Assembly (NCBI GenBank): GCA_964629235.1
Contig: CAZVQB010000002.1
Span: 4,339-68,338, forward strand
DNA length: 64,000 bases
Source of the DNA: an uncultured Candidatus Saccharibacteria bacterium
GTDB lineage: Bacteria > Patescibacteriota > Minisyncoccia > Phycocordibacterales > PALSA-1337
Direction: 5' to 3'
The translations under genes were made by a program, and so were the position numbers. Position 1 is the stretch's first letter. Every line of letters begins with the position of its first letter. Of the stretch, positions 63,142-64,000 are shown in pieces. The notes under the pieces were generated by a model, which searched no databases, was not told where the DNA came from, and was given only the letters and a program-made list of their open reading frames with translations.

Positions 63142-63783
63142 TTATTGTGTTGGATTATTTGGCGCCGAATCACCAGTTAATATTTTCTCATAATAAATGT
63201 CACTTGTATCAAAGCTTGCTGTCAAAGTAAAACCGACATTTCCTTTATCATCAAGTACCAAATCACCCAAAACTGGATTTTTTACAACCTTATTTTTTCC
63301 ATATTTTATCGATTGACCCAAAACATCTGATTGCCAAGCAATTGAACTAAAACTATTACCCGTTCCCTTCACAGTGATACGAGCTGAATCTCCAGAAACA
63401 ACAGGCGAAGTGAATTCAAAATTATCAAAACGTATTCCTTCAGTCGTAAGATTATTTATAATGTCAAAAACCTCAGAAACAGCTATATGATTTTTTAGAA
63501 GTTGATTTGCTAAATCAATTTTTGTATTGGCTTTCTTTAATTTTTCGATTAAAGCAATATCAAATCTTTTTTCTGCTTTTTCCAATTCAACTTGATAAGA
63601 AGCTTGTTGTTTAGTTAGTACATCTTTCCAAAAAAAAGTAAAACCCGCACCAGCTAGTGATAATATAAAAATCATAACAGATATAAACATAAAGACACTA
63701 GCACCTCCACTATGCTTTATTGTTTTCTGATCCATCAAAATTGGTTTTTTGGGAATGAACGATGTTTGGAATTTAGTGTCCAT
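63142..63783 (-). CDS. pilN: PilN-like pilus alignment protein
   Basis: FQTSFIPK N-terminal motif, TM, coiled coil; lies between pilM and pilO. Confidence 0.68.
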   Translation of the reverse strand: MDTKFQTSFIPKKPILMDQKTIKHSGGASVFMFISVMIFILSLAGAGFTFFWKDVLTKQQASYQVELEKAEKRFDIALIEKLKKANTKIDLANQLLKNHIAVSEVFDIINNLTTEGIRFDNFEFTSPVVSGDSARITVKGTGNSFSSIAWQSDVLGQSIKYGKNKVVKNPVLGDLVLDDKGNVGFTLTASFDTSDIYYEKILTGDSAPNNPTQ

Positions 63784-63801
63784 TAATATAATTATAGTTG
63801 A

Positions 63802-63999
63802 TTACTCTATTTCAGACAATCGACGTAATGCACACCCGATTGCAACTGCGAACTCAGGTCCAGCCTTTAGGAATTGTTCACTCAAGAATGCCGGAGTTTC
63901 CAATTTTCCAAATGGATTTGCATAAACAATTTCAGTCTGGAAACTTATTTTTGCCAAATCAGTAAAACCACGAAGCAATACTCCACCTCCAGTAAGTAC
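63802..63999 (-). CDS. pilM: PilM, C-terminal part; starts beyond window end
   Basis: Not in the ORF track. Manual translation VLTGGGVLLRGF...ANPF...GPEFAVAIGCALRRLSEIE* matches the actin-like PilM C-terminus. Confidence 0.85.
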   Translation of the reverse strand, partial: VLTGGGVLLRGFTDLAKISFQTEIVYANPFGKLETPAFLSEQFLKAGPEFAVAIGCALRRLSEIE

Positions 64000-64000
64000 A

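Overview
AT-rich bacterial chromosome segment read with the standard code (TGA acts as stop). Gene content and synteny strongly suggest a Patescibacteria/CPR (Parcubacteria-like) organism; this is inferred, not proven. The left ~27 kb is mostly housekeeping: partial murJ, a compact RNase P RNA, nrdAB carrying class Ic (Mn/Fe) signatures, LemA/TPM, groES/EL, secG, rnj, eno, gpmA, a DedA-PAP2 fusion and an orphan response regulator. About 25-57 kb is a surface-glycosylation island: an O-oligosaccharyltransferase-like/TPR protein, a neuB-neuA fusion, neuC, three paralogous GT-B proteins, four methyltransferases, Wzx, three GT-C-like proteins, a polyprenol-P-sugar synthase, GtrA, GT2/GT4/GT9 enzymes and a VirD4/HerA-like ATPase. 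The island runs directly into a type IV pilus locus (pilM-N-O-P-B-receiver-pilT-pilC-pilin). The best candidate for an undescribed system is a pilus-linked (methylated) nonulosonic-acid glycosylation pathway: the pilin ends in Ser and is followed by a GT-C-like gene. Other points are an unannotated Pro/Ala-rich small ORF unit, many apparently leaderless genes, and several catalytic-motif substitutions. No CRISPR array, tRNA, rRNA, transposase or integrase was seen. All assignments come from motif recognition by eye, without database searches.
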